A stretch of 37,169 bases of DNA. Origin: Candidatus Woesearchaeota archaeon. Its GTDB lineage: Archaea; Nanobdellota; Nanobdellia; Pacearchaeales; GW2011-AR1. The number at the start of each line of letters is the position of its first letter. Position 1 is the first letter of the stretch. The DNA lies in assembly GCA_964428375.1 (NCBI GenBank), contig CAYRXX010000001.1, positions 1 through 37,169 of the forward strand. The letters are read 5' to 3'. Shown here in pieces: positions 18,833 through 26,551 of this stretch. The translations under genes were made by a program, and so were the position numbers. A model generated the notes under the pieces. It saw nothing but the letters and a program-made list of their open reading frames with translations, had not been told where the DNA came from and did no database searches.

Positions 18833-18840
18833 TATATAAA
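18833..18840 (-). promoter_or_regulatory. TATA box (rc tttatata), leaderless geometry
   Basis: Ends 22 nt from ATG 18811. Confidence 0.45.
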
Positions 18841-18891
18841 ACTACCTTACAGTGTTTTTTTGAATATGTCTATAGATTTAGAATAAATTAA

Positions 18892-19227
18892 TTACATAAG
18901 AACTAGTGCAAAGGGAATACCATCTATTTTTGTAACTCCATCCTCGTCGACAAGTTCCAGTTTTTTTGCAATTTCTACAGAGTTTTCTCCAACAAAATTA
19001 AAAGTGGAATCTTCCTTTGCACATCTCTCTATCTCTTTGGTTGCATCCTCTTTGCTCATTAATGTACCTTTGAAGAAAACTCCAGAGACATCTATTGTCC
19101 TCCTGTTCCCGATATTTTCTTCACCTTCTTTTTGGGGATCTATTAGTTTCTTTCCAAAGGTTTCTTCATCACATACTGCTACTACCCATCGATACGATTT
19201 ATGAATTTTTAACAAAATTTTTCCCAT
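18892..19227 (-). CDS. DUF424-like archaeal protein
   Basis: VVAVCDEETFGKKL, FNFVGENSVEIA and IDGIPFALV match my recollection of the DUF424 family; not verified by search. Confidence 0.55.
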   Translation of the reverse strand: MGKILLKIHKSYRWVVAVCDEETFGKKLIDPQKEGEENIGNRRTIDVSGVFFKGTLMSKEDATKEIERCAKEDSTFNFVGENSVEIAKKLELVDEDGVTKIDGIPFALVLM

Positions 19228-19248
19228 CTTTAGAATAAAATTAATGAG

Positions 19249-19256
19249 TTTATAAA
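19249..19256 (-). promoter_or_regulatory. TATA box (tttataaa), leaderless geometry
   Basis: Ends 22 nt from ATG 19227. Confidence 0.45.
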
Positions 19257-19280
19257 ATGGTTGTAGTTTTTAATAAAATT

Positions 19281-19300
19281 ATTCCCCGCCCTCGGGGAAT
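19281..19300 (-). terminator. perfect 8-bp GC-rich hairpin after the zinc-ribbon gene
   Basis: attccccg-ccct-cggggaat, flanked by T-rich sequence on both strands. Confidence 0.4.
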
Positions 19301-19314
19301 TTAAGTTTTTTAAA

Positions 19315-19509
19315 TCAATATGCTTTTTTCGCTTCGCCCGCCGATACAGCCTTTTCTGCATTATCCTTGGACATTATTCTGCACATTCCACATCCACAAA
19401 CAGAACATTTTCCCTTTGCCATATATCCGCCTCGTGACGTCATGTGCATTTCAGCATCTTTCATTTCCTTATTTTCTTTGCATTTCATACATCTTCCTTC
19501 AATTGCCAT
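19315..19509 (-). CDS. small zinc-ribbon protein
   Basis: 64 aa with CxxC (C7, C10) and CxxC (C35, C38); GAGGAGG lies 5 nt upstream of the ATG. Confidence 0.55.
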   Translation of the reverse strand: MAIEGRCMKCKENKEMKDAEMHMTSRGGYMAKGKCSVCGCGMCRIMSKDNAEKAVSAGEAKKAY

Positions 19510-19535
19510 TTTTTCCTCCTCTTCAATTTAATTTA

Positions 19536-19937
19536 CTAAATTTTATGAACTTCTCTCTTATGCCCACAAGCCAAACATCTAATAAAAGTTTTCCCATTCT
19601 CTTCACTTAGCTCCGTGTCTGGTTTCCCACATTTAGCACAGACTACATACTGTCTAGAGTATTCGCTTATTTTTTCGTTTATTATTTTACTTGGCAATTT
19701 TCTTGATAAAATTAGTCTGTCTTTGGAGAGCTCTCCCTGTATCCCAAGTTCCTTTCCTAAAAATTTTAATAAGTGTTCGGGTTTTCTTCTCAAATAAGCC
19801 ACGACTTTCCCAAAGTTTGTGATAATTGTTTTTGTTCCCTCGTGGTGTCCGCTAACTTTTATAATTTCAAATCTACTTGATTCTTCGTTGACGTGGACGG
19901 TCTTGTATGCTTCGTCTAATAATTTTTCGTAACTCAT
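19536..19937 (-). CDS. eif2b: translation initiation factor aIF2 beta subunit
   Basis: RFEIIKV...KTIITNFGKVV..LRRKPEHLLKFLGKELG and the C-terminal zinc finger CAKCGKPDT...CLACG. Confidence 0.92.
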   Translation of the reverse strand: MSYEKLLDEAYKTVHVNEESSRFEIIKVSGHHEGTKTIITNFGKVVAYLRRKPEHLLKFLGKELGIQGELSKDRLILSRKLPSKIINEKISEYSRQYVVCAKCGKPDTELSEENGKTFIRCLACGHKREVHKI

Positions 19938-19958
19938 CTAATCTGGAAGCAATTCCCC

Positions 19959-19966
19959 TTTATAAA
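19959..19966 (-). promoter_or_regulatory. BRE/TATA (cgaaaaa + tttataaa), leaderless geometry
   Basis: Ends 22 nt from ATG 19937. Confidence 0.5.
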
Positions 19967-20006
19967 ATTTTTCGGATGGCACAAAACTTCTGGCTTACCA
20001 AAAAAC

Positions 20007-20014
20007 TTATAAAT
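20007..20014 (+). promoter_or_regulatory. TATA box (ttataaat) for the proteasome-beta / aCPSF1 pair
   Basis: Preceded by an A-rich BRE-like aaaaac. It predicts a short leader containing GAGGT (20045-20049). A 13-nt palindrome tagactaagtcta (20014-20026) overlaps its 3' end. Confidence 0.4.
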
Positions 20015-20054
20015 AGACTAAGTCTAGGCATGGTATAGATTCTAGAGGTATCTC

Positions 20055-20705
20055 TTGATTAAAATGGATGAGAATATAAAAAAGCATATGCTAAAAACTG
20101 GAACCACTACGTTGGGGATAGTGACGAAAGACGGAATTGTTTTAGCTGCGGATAAGAAAGCGACTTATTCTGGAGGGAGTGGTGTTCATTATATTGCTGG
20201 GAAAATGGAAAAAATAAAGGAATTTAGTGACGATATTATTTTAACAATTGCGGGAACTGCCACATTTGCTCTTCGAGCTATTCAGACTGCAAAAGCACAA
20301 ATAAAAATAAAGGATCTCCGAGAAAAAAAGAAAAGCACAATAAAAGAAGTTGCAAGTTTGTTCTCGATAATGGCGTTGCAATCTCTTCAGTCTGGTGGAG
20401 TAATAGGTTTTTTAATGGCAGGCAAGGAGGATGGAAAGGTGTTTTTTTATAGGATTGGGGCGGATGGAATATTGGAGAAGGTAGATGATTATCATATCGA
20501 TGGTTCTGGAATGATGCATGTGAATGCAATTTTGGACACGGGATACAAGAAGGGGCTTTCTTTGGATGAAGGTATCGCGTTGGCAAAAAGATGTATTATC
20601 GGATCTTCCGGGAGAGATCCAGCTTCTGGGCTTGGATATGAGATATGGACGATAACACCTGATAAAATCAAAAAGGTAGAAGACAAGACCTGGAAATTGG
20701 ATTAA
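20055..20705 (+). CDS. psmB: proteasome beta subunit
   Basis: Propeptide, then catalytic Thr in KTG/TTTLGIVTKDGIVLAADKKAT. The start is TTG 20055 (GAGGT 5 nt upstream) or ATG 20064. Confidence 0.92.
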   Translation: MIKMDENIKKHMLKTGTTTLGIVTKDGIVLAADKKATYSGGSGVHYIAGKMEKIKEFSDDIILTIAGTATFALRAIQTAKAQIKIKDLREKKKSTIKEVASLFSIMALQSLQSGGVIGFLMAGKEDGKVFFYRIGADGILEKVDDYHIDGSGMMHVNAILDTGYKKGLSLDEGIALAKRCIIGSSGRDPASGLGYEIWTITPDKIKKVEDKTWKLD

Positions 20706-20719
20706 TTATTATATTTAAA

Positions 20720-22609
20720 ATGGCAGATATTCTGAAAACCATTAGTGAATCTCTCCCTCGAGGAGCTATCTCTTCGACAATATTCGAGGGGGCTAACATA
20801 GTTGCGTATACGACAGATATTGCGTTTTTTAAGAATGGAGATAGTAAAATTAAGGAAATTGTGAACACTATAAAAAAGCGTCTTGAATTGAGAGCTGATA
20901 AATCTATCTTGCTTAAAAAAGATTTAACCGAGCAAAAGATAAGACAAATAATTCCTCAGGAAGCTGAGATTACACAAATTATTTTTGATATTCAGCGAAG
21001 TATAGTTATCATTGAGGCCAAGAAGCCTGGGCTTGCTATAGGAAAAGCTGGGTCAATCTTGCGTGAGGTTAAAGTAGGGACATTATGGACGCCACAGGTT
21101 CAGCGTTCTCCGGCTATTACTTCTAAGATAACTGATAAAATAAGAGAGGTGCTGTATCAGGATAATTCATATCGTAAGAAGTTTTTGAATTCTATTGGGG
21201 AGAAGATTTACAAGGAATGGAATTCGGACAAGATGGAAGAATGGGTGAGAATTACTGCGCTTGGTGGTGGGCGTCAGGTAGGACGAAGTTGTTTTTTATT
21301 GCAAACTCCGACGTCGAGGGTTTTGATAGATTGTGGGGTTGATGTTTCTTCTCATGGGAAAGACAAGTATCCTTACTTGGAAGCTCCTGAATTAGATCTT
21401 GCTTCTCTTGATGCCATAGTTCTTACTCATGCACATCTCGATCACTCTGGGCTTATTCCTTATCTTTACAAAATGGGGTATAAAGGTCCAGTTTATATGA
21501 CTGCTCCGACAAGAGACATTTCTGCGTTGATGGCACTTGATTTTATTGGGGTAGCTTACAAGCAGGCTGCGGCTCCGCTTTTCAAATCTTCTGATATTAG
21601 AAATATGGTTAAACATTCCATCGCTTTGAATTATCAAGAAGTTACCGACATAACACCCGATATTAGAATTACAATGTATAATGCTGGGCATACTCTTGGG
21701 TCTGCTATGATTCATTTTAATGTTGGGAACGGGCTTCATAACTATCTTTATTCCGGTGATATTAAATTTGGCAAATCACGTGCTCTCGAAGCTGCCTCTA
21801 CTTATTTCCCAAGATTGGAAACTCTTCAATTGGAAGCAACTTATGGTGGAAGGGATAATAATTATCCATCAAGGAAAGATTCGGAAGAGAAGCTGTTAGA
21901 GTTTATTAACGATATAATTAAAAAAGGAGGAAAGGTCCTCTTACCAGAGTTGGGGACTGGTCATGCCCAAGAAAAAATGTTAATTCTTGAAGATGCAATG
22001 AAAAGTGGGCGTATTCCGAGGGTGCCAGTATATATAGACGGTATGATTTGGCATATTAATGCTATTCACACAGCGTACCCGGATTTTCTTTCAAATTCTC
22101 TGCGTTCCAATATTTTTACAGATAAGAACCCATTTACCTCTGAAATTTTTTCACAAGTTGGATCTGGACGGGAAAGGCGAAACGTTATAGAAGGAGGTTC
22201 CTGTATCATTTTGGCTACATCTGGTATGTTAGTTGGTGGTGCATCCGTGGAATATTTAAGAGAATTTGCCGATTCTCCGAATAATGGGCTTTGTTTATCT
22301 TGTTATCAACCTGCGGGCGGACTTGGCAGACAAATTAAAGAGGGATTAAAGGAAGCAAAATTCGATATTGATGGGAGGGTTGAAGTTGTTCCAATAAGAT
22401 TGAAGGTTATTTCTATTGATGGATTCTCTGGGCATTCTTCCAGAAATGAGCTAATGGCGTTTGTTAATAGTATTAATCCGAAACCACGTAAGGTAATAAT
22501 TAATCATGGTGAGCAGTCGAAGTGTTTGGATTTGGCATCATCCATATATAAGTCCCAGAGAATAGAGACTACAGTTCCAAAAAACCTAGAGACTATAAGA
22601 TTGAGGTAG
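20720..22609 (+). CDS. aCPSF1-type KH + beta-CASP metallo-beta-lactamase ribonuclease (archaeal termination factor type)
   Basis: N-terminal KH-like segments (GLAIGKAGS), HAHLDHSG, a beta-CASP C-terminal half, and about 630 aa in length. Confidence 0.9.
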   Translation: MADILKTISESLPRGAISSTIFEGANIVAYTTDIAFFKNGDSKIKEIVNTIKKRLELRADKSILLKKDLTEQKIRQIIPQEAEITQIIFDIQRSIVIIEAKKPGLAIGKAGSILREVKVGTLWTPQVQRSPAITSKITDKIREVLYQDNSYRKKFLNSIGEKIYKEWNSDKMEEWVRITALGGGRQVGRSCFLLQTPTSRVLIDCGVDVSSHGKDKYPYLEAPELDLASLDAIVLTHAHLDHSGLIPYLYKMGYKGPVYMTAPTRDISALMALDFIGVAYKQAAAPLFKSSDIRNMVKHSIALNYQEVTDITPDIRITMYNAGHTLGSAMIHFNVGNGLHNYLYSGDIKFGKSRALEAASTYFPRLETLQLEATYGGRDNNYPSRKDSEEKLLEFINDIIKKGGKVLLPELGTGHAQEKMLILEDAMKSGRIPRVPVYIDGMIWHINAIHTAYPDFLSNSLRSNIFTDKNPFTSEIFSQVGSGRERRNVIEGGSCIILATSGMLVGGASVEYLREFADSPNNGLCLSCYQPAGGLGRQIKEGLKEAKFDIDGRVEVVPIRLKVISIDGFSGHSSRNELMAFVNSINPKPRKVIINHGEQSKCLDLASSIYKSQRIETTVPKNLETIRLR

Positions 22610-22616
22610 GATAAAG

Positions 22617-22624
22617 TTTAAATA
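22617..22624 (+). promoter_or_regulatory. BRE/TATA (ataaag + tttaaata), leaderless geometry
   Basis: Ends 22 nt before ATG 22646. Confidence 0.45.
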
Positions 22625-22645
22625 TTAATTAGTTGTTAATTGTTG

Positions 22646-23014
22646 ATGGTAAAATCTAGGGAGAATTTGGTTGGAGCTTATGCCTTTTTGATTGGAGTAG
22701 TTCTCGCTGTGATTTTTGGGTTTTTTAAGGGTTCTATATCTCAAGCCAGTGGGATGTTCTATACTACTCTTGTTGTTATCGGGTTGATTATTGGGGCGAT
22801 GAATACTAATGATAAGGATTCTATGACCTTTTTAATTGCGAGTTTATCTCTTGTTATAGTGGGTTCATTAGGGATGGATCCTCTGAAATATATTGCACTT
22901 AATAATTATGCTGTGACTGTATTGCGAAATATTTTGGGAAGTTTGTTATTGCTATTTGTCCCAGCGACGATAATAGTAGCATTAAAGACAGTTTTTTCGA
23001 TGGCAAAAGTTTAG
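22646..23014 (+). CDS. small polytopic membrane protein, unknown function
   Basis: About four hydrophobic helices. ATG 22646 chosen by promoter spacing over the TTG at 22640. Confidence 0.5.
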   Translation: MVKSRENLVGAYAFLIGVVLAVIFGFFKGSISQASGMFYTTLVVIGLIIGAMNTNDKDSMTFLIASLSLVIVGSLGMDPLKYIALNNYAVTVLRNILGSLLLLFVPATIIVALKTVFSMAKV

Positions 23015-23015
23015 T

Positions 23016-23669
23016 TTATTTTAAAAATTGTATTATATCTCGAAGATTGATTATTCTTGAATCATCTCTTGCCAATCCAAAACAAGCGGTGTTTATCCAA
23101 ATTTGGATTTGAGGGAAATTCTCAAATTCATTAACATTAATATTGTTGCACTCGAAAACATAAGCTATTTTTCCCATGTCTCCGATTTTCCTTTTTATAT
23201 TCGATAACTGGGTATAATGCTGTCCGTGTTTTGTTGATAGGATAATTCCAATAGTTTTTGACATTAAGAATTTTTTTTGTTTTGCGAGTGTCTTCCTGTT
23301 GTGTGTATCAATGTTTTCTTGGGAGACTCTTTCTATTGTAAGTCCTGAAAAGACATAAATTGGTTTTTGGAGTTGGATTGCATTATTAATTGCGTGAAAT
23401 TTGCCGTCGGTGATAATAATTAGCTCATCTGCTGTGGCGTCTAAGGCCGTTGAATTACATCCCAGAATATGTGCATCGTAATATGCACCCTTTTTTATTG
23501 TGACGGTTTTTCCCTTGGATTCTAAATATTCTTTTACTTTTGAAACCATATCTATATATTGTATCGTCGCTGCCACGGAAATTCTTTCCCCCCGAATGGA
23601 GTCTAAAAGTTGTAGATTTATATCAGAGTCACTAAATTTTCGTCTGGTTTCTATAAATAAGGATTTCAT
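23016..23669 (-). CDS. dph2: Dph2-like diphthamide-synthesis radical-SAM protein, short form lacking domain 1
   Basis: HILGCNS, TDGKFHAINNA, IGIILSTKHGQ and NTACFGLARDD align in order with the second and third domains of archaeal Dph2. It is only 217 aa. Confidence 0.65.
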   Translation of the reverse strand: MKSLFIETRRKFSDSDINLQLLDSIRGERISVAATIQYIDMVSKVKEYLESKGKTVTIKKGAYYDAHILGCNSTALDATADELIIITDGKFHAINNAIQLQKPIYVFSGLTIERVSQENIDTHNRKTLAKQKKFLMSKTIGIILSTKHGQHYTQLSNIKRKIGDMGKIAYVFECNNINVNEFENFPQIQIWINTACFGLARDDSRIINLRDIIQFLK

Positions 23670-23673
23670 AAAA

Positions 23674-24066
23674 TCAAAATCGTTCTATGTCGTCTGGCTG
23701 AGGTCTTCTGACTTCTGAGACGCCTTTACGAATATCAAAAACTTTTGATGGGGTAGCAATAATAGTGTTTTCGCCAAATCCTGCTATTTTCCCTTCTAAT
23801 GCTTCAACTGTTTTCTTTATCTTTGAGATTGCTCTTTTCAATTCGATGACATCTTTAGATTTTAGTGTTTTAATGTCGATAACAGCGATTGAATATCCTT
23901 CTCGTAAGGAATTTAGAATCGGGTTTATATCTTCGTAGTCTTTTAAAACAAAAGTTTTAATCAAGATTTTGGAATCTGATTTTTCTTGTTCTAAGTCTAT
24001 CTCTATGAATTCGGAAGAGACTTGCTCATCATTTCCCATCATTTTTTTAAACATATTGAAAGCCAT
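23674..24066 (-). CDS. sepF: SepF-like cell-division protein
   Basis: SepF/DUF552-like core ILIKTFVLKDYEDINPILNSLREGYSIAVIDIKTL...ALEGKIAGFGENTIIATP. ATG 24066 chosen over 24084 by TATA spacing. Confidence 0.7.
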   Translation of the reverse strand: MAFNMFKKMMGNDEQVSSEFIEIDLEQEKSDSKILIKTFVLKDYEDINPILNSLREGYSIAVIDIKTLKSKDVIELKRAISKIKKTVEALEGKIAGFGENTIIATPSKVFDIRKGVSEVRRPQPDDIERF

Positions 24067-24087
24067 AATATACTTTTGGAACATCGG

Positions 24088-24095
24088 TATTTAAA
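24088..24095 (-). promoter_or_regulatory. TATA box (rc tttaaata), leaderless geometry
   Basis: Ends 22 nt from ATG 24066. Confidence 0.45.
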
Positions 24096-24164
24096 TATTT
24101 ATGTGATGGGAGATATCCTTTTGTTTTAAAATTTATTTAAAATCGGAGATTTGTCGTCGTGGGA

Positions 24165-24545
24165 TTAGTTTTGAATTTTTTCCATAACTTCCTTTCTAAG
24201 GGATTCTAATTTTGAGGAGAATTCTCGTTCTTGTTCCTCGATAGATTTCATTCTTAATTCTATTAGCTTTTTCTTTTTCTCCATCTCTGCAAGAATGTCT
24301 TCCTTTGTACTTTTAATTACAACTTGCCCGCCAACAATTCTAGAAACTTCCGAATTTGTTTTTTCTACTTCTTTAATTATTAAATCTGTTTCATTCGCTT
24401 CCATAGAAAAAGCATTTTTTTGCATTAAAAGTTGTTGAAAAGATTGTTCCATCATCTGAAGTTCTTGTATTTGTGACTGAGTTTCTTCGTCGAGTCCATC
24501 AAGAGGATTAGCGTGATTATGCCCTATGTGATTTTCCTCGTCCAT
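24165..24545 (-). CDS. pfdB: prefoldin beta subunit
   Basis: Coiled coil, beta hairpins, coiled coil: QELQMMEQSFQQLLMQK ... VSRIVGGQVVIKSTKED ... LIELRMKSIEEQ. Confidence 0.85.
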   Translation of the reverse strand: MDEENHIGHNHANPLDGLDEETQSQIQELQMMEQSFQQLLMQKNAFSMEANETDLIIKEVEKTNSEVSRIVGGQVVIKSTKEDILAEMEKKKKLIELRMKSIEEQEREFSSKLESLRKEVMEKIQN

Positions 24546-24546
24546 T

Positions 24547-24684
24547 TTAATCAGAGCTTACCGTCTTCATTTTGTTTCTTGGTTTGTAGAAAATTCTCGA
24601 GCCACACTCTGGGCAAACGAAACGTTTTTTTAGCTCCTCAGATTTTAGCTTATTCCCACAATGAAAACATTTGTAACTTGCCAT
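24547..24684 (-). CDS. rpoP: DNA-directed RNA polymerase subunit P (Rpo12)
   Basis: 45-aa ORF below the track cutoff: MASYKCFHCGNKLKSEELKKRFVCPECGSRIFYKPRNKMKTVSSD, with CxxC-x14-CxxC then GSRI..K.R. It is packed 2 nt after rpl37ae and 1 nt before pfdB. Confidence 0.8.
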   Translation of the reverse strand: MASYKCFHCGNKLKSEELKKRFVCPECGSRIFYKPRNKMKTVSSD

Positions 24685-24686
24685 TA

Positions 24687-24920
24687 TTAATTATTCTTGG
24701 TCCTCTGGTTTTTTAAATTATACGTTCCCGATGCGAACTCTTTTCCACATTTTGAGCAATTCCAAATTGAAGTTATTTTTCTTTTGGCGTGCCCTTTGCA
24801 GAATGGGCATTCCTGCTTTACTCTCTGTTTCCTTTCTACAGCGACGAGCTTTTGCTTTATTTTTCCATAGCCTGCGCCAAATCTTCCTGCACTTCCGATT
24901 TTTTTTCTTTTTACTGCCAT
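24687..24920 (-). CDS. rpl37ae: ribosomal protein eL43 (L37Ae)
   Basis: MAVKRKKIGSAGRFGAGYG...CPFCKG...WNCSKCGKEFASG zinc ribbon. ATG 24920 used because the track extension to 24989 runs into the tRNA. Confidence 0.92.
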   Translation of the reverse strand: MAVKRKKIGSAGRFGAGYGKIKQKLVAVERKQRVKQECPFCKGHAKRKITSIWNCSKCGKEFASGTYNLKNQRTKNN

Positions 24921-24937
24921 TTTATTTTTGTTTTGTA

Positions 24938-25010
24938 TGGGGTTACGCGGATTCGAACCGCGGCCGCGAAGTCCCAAACCTCGAATCATACCAGGCTAGA
25001 CTATAACCCC
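24938..25010 (-). tRNA. tRNA-Pro (anticodon UGG)
   Basis: 73-nt cloverleaf read on the minus strand: acceptor GGGGTTA/TAACCCC, D loop AGCCTGGTA, anticodon stem CGAGG/CTTCG, loop TTTGGGA (TGG, G37), T arm CGCGG-TTCGAAT-CCGCG, discriminator A. No intron and no encoded CCA. Confidence 0.88.
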
Positions 25011-25033
25011 GTGAATTTGAGTCGAATTAAGGG

Positions 25034-25041
25034 TTAATAAA
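25034..25041 (-). promoter_or_regulatory. BRE/TATA (gaaataag + tttattaa) for tRNA-Pro
   Basis: Ends 24 nt from the mature tRNA 5' end (25010) and abuts the rpl11 stop codon. Confidence 0.4.
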
Positions 25042-25042
25042 C

Positions 25043-25666
25043 TTATTTCTTTGTAGCTTCTACAGCTTTCTTTTCTTCTTCTGCCGCCTTCTCTGCGTCT
25101 TCTTCCTTCTTGATACTCTCTTGTTTCTCAGCGACGATAACGAAGTAGTCATCTAATTCCTTTCGTTTTTCTGGGCTTACGTCAGTTTTTTTGGCATCAA
25201 TTTCCTTTGTGAATTTTCCCTCGTTAATATCTTTTACAACTTCTTTAATCTCTTTGCTTTCTATCATAACTCCTAGGGATTGACATGTGCCTACGATAGA
25301 TTTTAATGTAGCCATAAAGTCATTCGAAAGCATGGACTCATGTTTCATTTTTGCAATCTCAATAACTTGTTCTATTGCCAAATTTCCAACTCTTTGTTTT
25401 AATCTTGCTCCGGATGCCTTGGCTACTCCTAATTCTTTTTTTATTAGCTCGGAGGTTGGCGGAGATAAAACCTTAATGGAAACTTCTTTTGTCTCCGCAT
25501 TTATTGTTAGATGAACCGGAAGTGTTACTCCCGAGAATTCTTGTGTCGCTACGTTCACGTCTGAAATAACTTGTCCTATGTTAATTCCCATTGGACCTAA
25601 TTGTTGCGCTACTGCCGGACCGGGCGTCATCTTCCCGCCTTCTACCATTAATTTTATTACTGCCAT
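25043..25666 (-). CDS. rpl11: ribosomal protein uL11 with a K/E-rich C-terminal extension
   Basis: MAVIKLMVEGGKMTPGPAVAQQLGPMGINIG N-domain and a typical C-domain, followed by about 45 extra charged residues. Confidence 0.93.
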   Translation of the reverse strand: MAVIKLMVEGGKMTPGPAVAQQLGPMGINIGQVISDVNVATQEFSGVTLPVHLTINAETKEVSIKVLSPPTSELIKKELGVAKASGARLKQRVGNLAIEQVIEIAKMKHESMLSNDFMATLKSIVGTCQSLGVMIESKEIKEVVKDINEGKFTKEIDAKKTDVSPEKRKELDDYFVIVAEKQESIKKEEDAEKAAEEEKKAVEATKK

Positions 25667-25687
25667 TTTATTTTTTTGAGAAATTAG

Positions 25688-25695
25688 TTTTTAAA
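25688..25695 (-). promoter_or_regulatory. TATA box (rc tttaaaaa), leaderless geometry
   Basis: Ends 22 nt from ATG 25666. Confidence 0.45.
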
Positions 25696-25710
25696 GATTC
25701 CTGTCTTGGA

Positions 25711-26349
25711 CTAATCTGCTTCATCCCTCCTAATTACTCTTATATTGTCTAATTTTACGGTTACTGGGATTGGGACTGCTGCTCCTAATAAAGAAACTAC
25801 ACATTCGTTTTTGGGCTTATCTACTCTGACTACTTTTGCTTTTTCGTTTTTGAATGGCTCAGAGATTATTTCAATGATATCTCCCTTCTCTATTTTAATA
25901 TCAGCAGCGACGGGCTCTAGCATTTGTTTTACTTTATCATACGTAACTGTTTCCCCTATTATTCCCTTTACATAAGGAAGATTGAATACGGCATCTTCTG
26001 CGTGTTTACGATCTGGAGATTCTAAAAAGATATATCCTCGTAGTCCATGTGGTCGTGCTATTGCATATATTTTAATTTCTTTTTTATTTACTTTGTCGGC
26101 AATCATTTCGAGAGCTTTGTCTTCTTTGTTGGTTGTAACTTTTACAATGTAAATTTGTGATCCAAATTCTCGTTCTGGCTTTGGTTCTTCTTTCGGCTCT
26201 GGCTTTGGTTCTTCTTTCGGCTCTTCTTCTTTGGGGGTCAGAGACGGTTTACTCGCTCCCTTTATGTCCGGTGCGAAAGATTCAGTGGATGCCTGGCTAT
26301 CGTTCTCATCGTCGAGATAATCAAATTCATCGTCGTATCCAATTGCCAT
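25711..26349 (-). CDS. spt5: transcription elongation factor Spt5 (NusG) with a low-complexity N-terminal extension
   Basis: NGN domain (IYIVKVTTNKEDKALEMI...GYIFLE) and KOW (KGDIIEIISEPFKNEKAKVVRVD), preceded by about 64 aa of acidic and Pro/Lys repeats. Confidence 0.88.
   Translation of the reverse strand: MAIGYDDEFDYLDDENDSQASTESFAPDIKGASKPSLTPKEEEPKEEPKPEPKEEPKPEREFGSQIYIVKVTTNKEDKALEMIADKVNKKEIKIYAIARPHGLRGYIFLESPDRKHAEDAVFNLPYVKGIIGETVTYDKVKQMLEPVAADIKIEKGDIIEIISEPFKNEKAKVVRVDKPKNECVVSLLGAAVPIPVTVKLDNIRVIRRDEAD
26177..26224 (-). repeat. perfect 24-nt tandem duplication inside spt5
   Basis: ggctttggttcttctttcggctct occurs twice back to back (26177-26200 and 26201-26224) and encodes EPKEEPKP twice. 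Confidence 0.95.
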
Positions 26350-26522
26350 TTTGCTCCAGCTAGCCCTTAAAATCTAAGAACTAGATACTAATTAGTGAAA
26401 ATTACCATTTAAAAAACTTTGGGTAGAGATTGAGTTTAAGTAATAAAAACATAAAGATAAGGGTTACGCCAAGAACTAAAAGAAGGTCGTCCTTCGATGG
26501 CAGATTATTTTTCTACGGAAAG

Positions 26523-26530
26523 TTTATAAA
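26523..26530 (+). promoter_or_regulatory. BRE/TATA (ggaaag + tttataaa), leaderless geometry
   Basis: Ends 22 nt before ATG 26552. Confidence 0.5.
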
Positions 26531-26551
26531 TGGGTTGGACAACTCTTAATT

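Noticed and set aside
24938-25010. tRNA-Pro as an integration site for a mobile element.
   Set aside because: There is no integrase and no duplicated tRNA 3' segment nearby. Both flanks are core ribosomal and transcription genes.
24731-25037. Track ORFs overlapping rpl37ae and the tRNA, including the 23-codon N-terminal extension of rpl37ae to 24989.
   Set aside because: They overlap a clean tRNA-Pro cloverleaf and the well-conserved eL43 frame. The eL43 consensus begins at MAVKRKK (24920).
26177-26224. The tandem repeat as a possible CRISPR or minisatellite locus.
   Set aside because: There are only two 24-nt units with no spacers. They are in frame inside spt5 and encode a peptide repeat.
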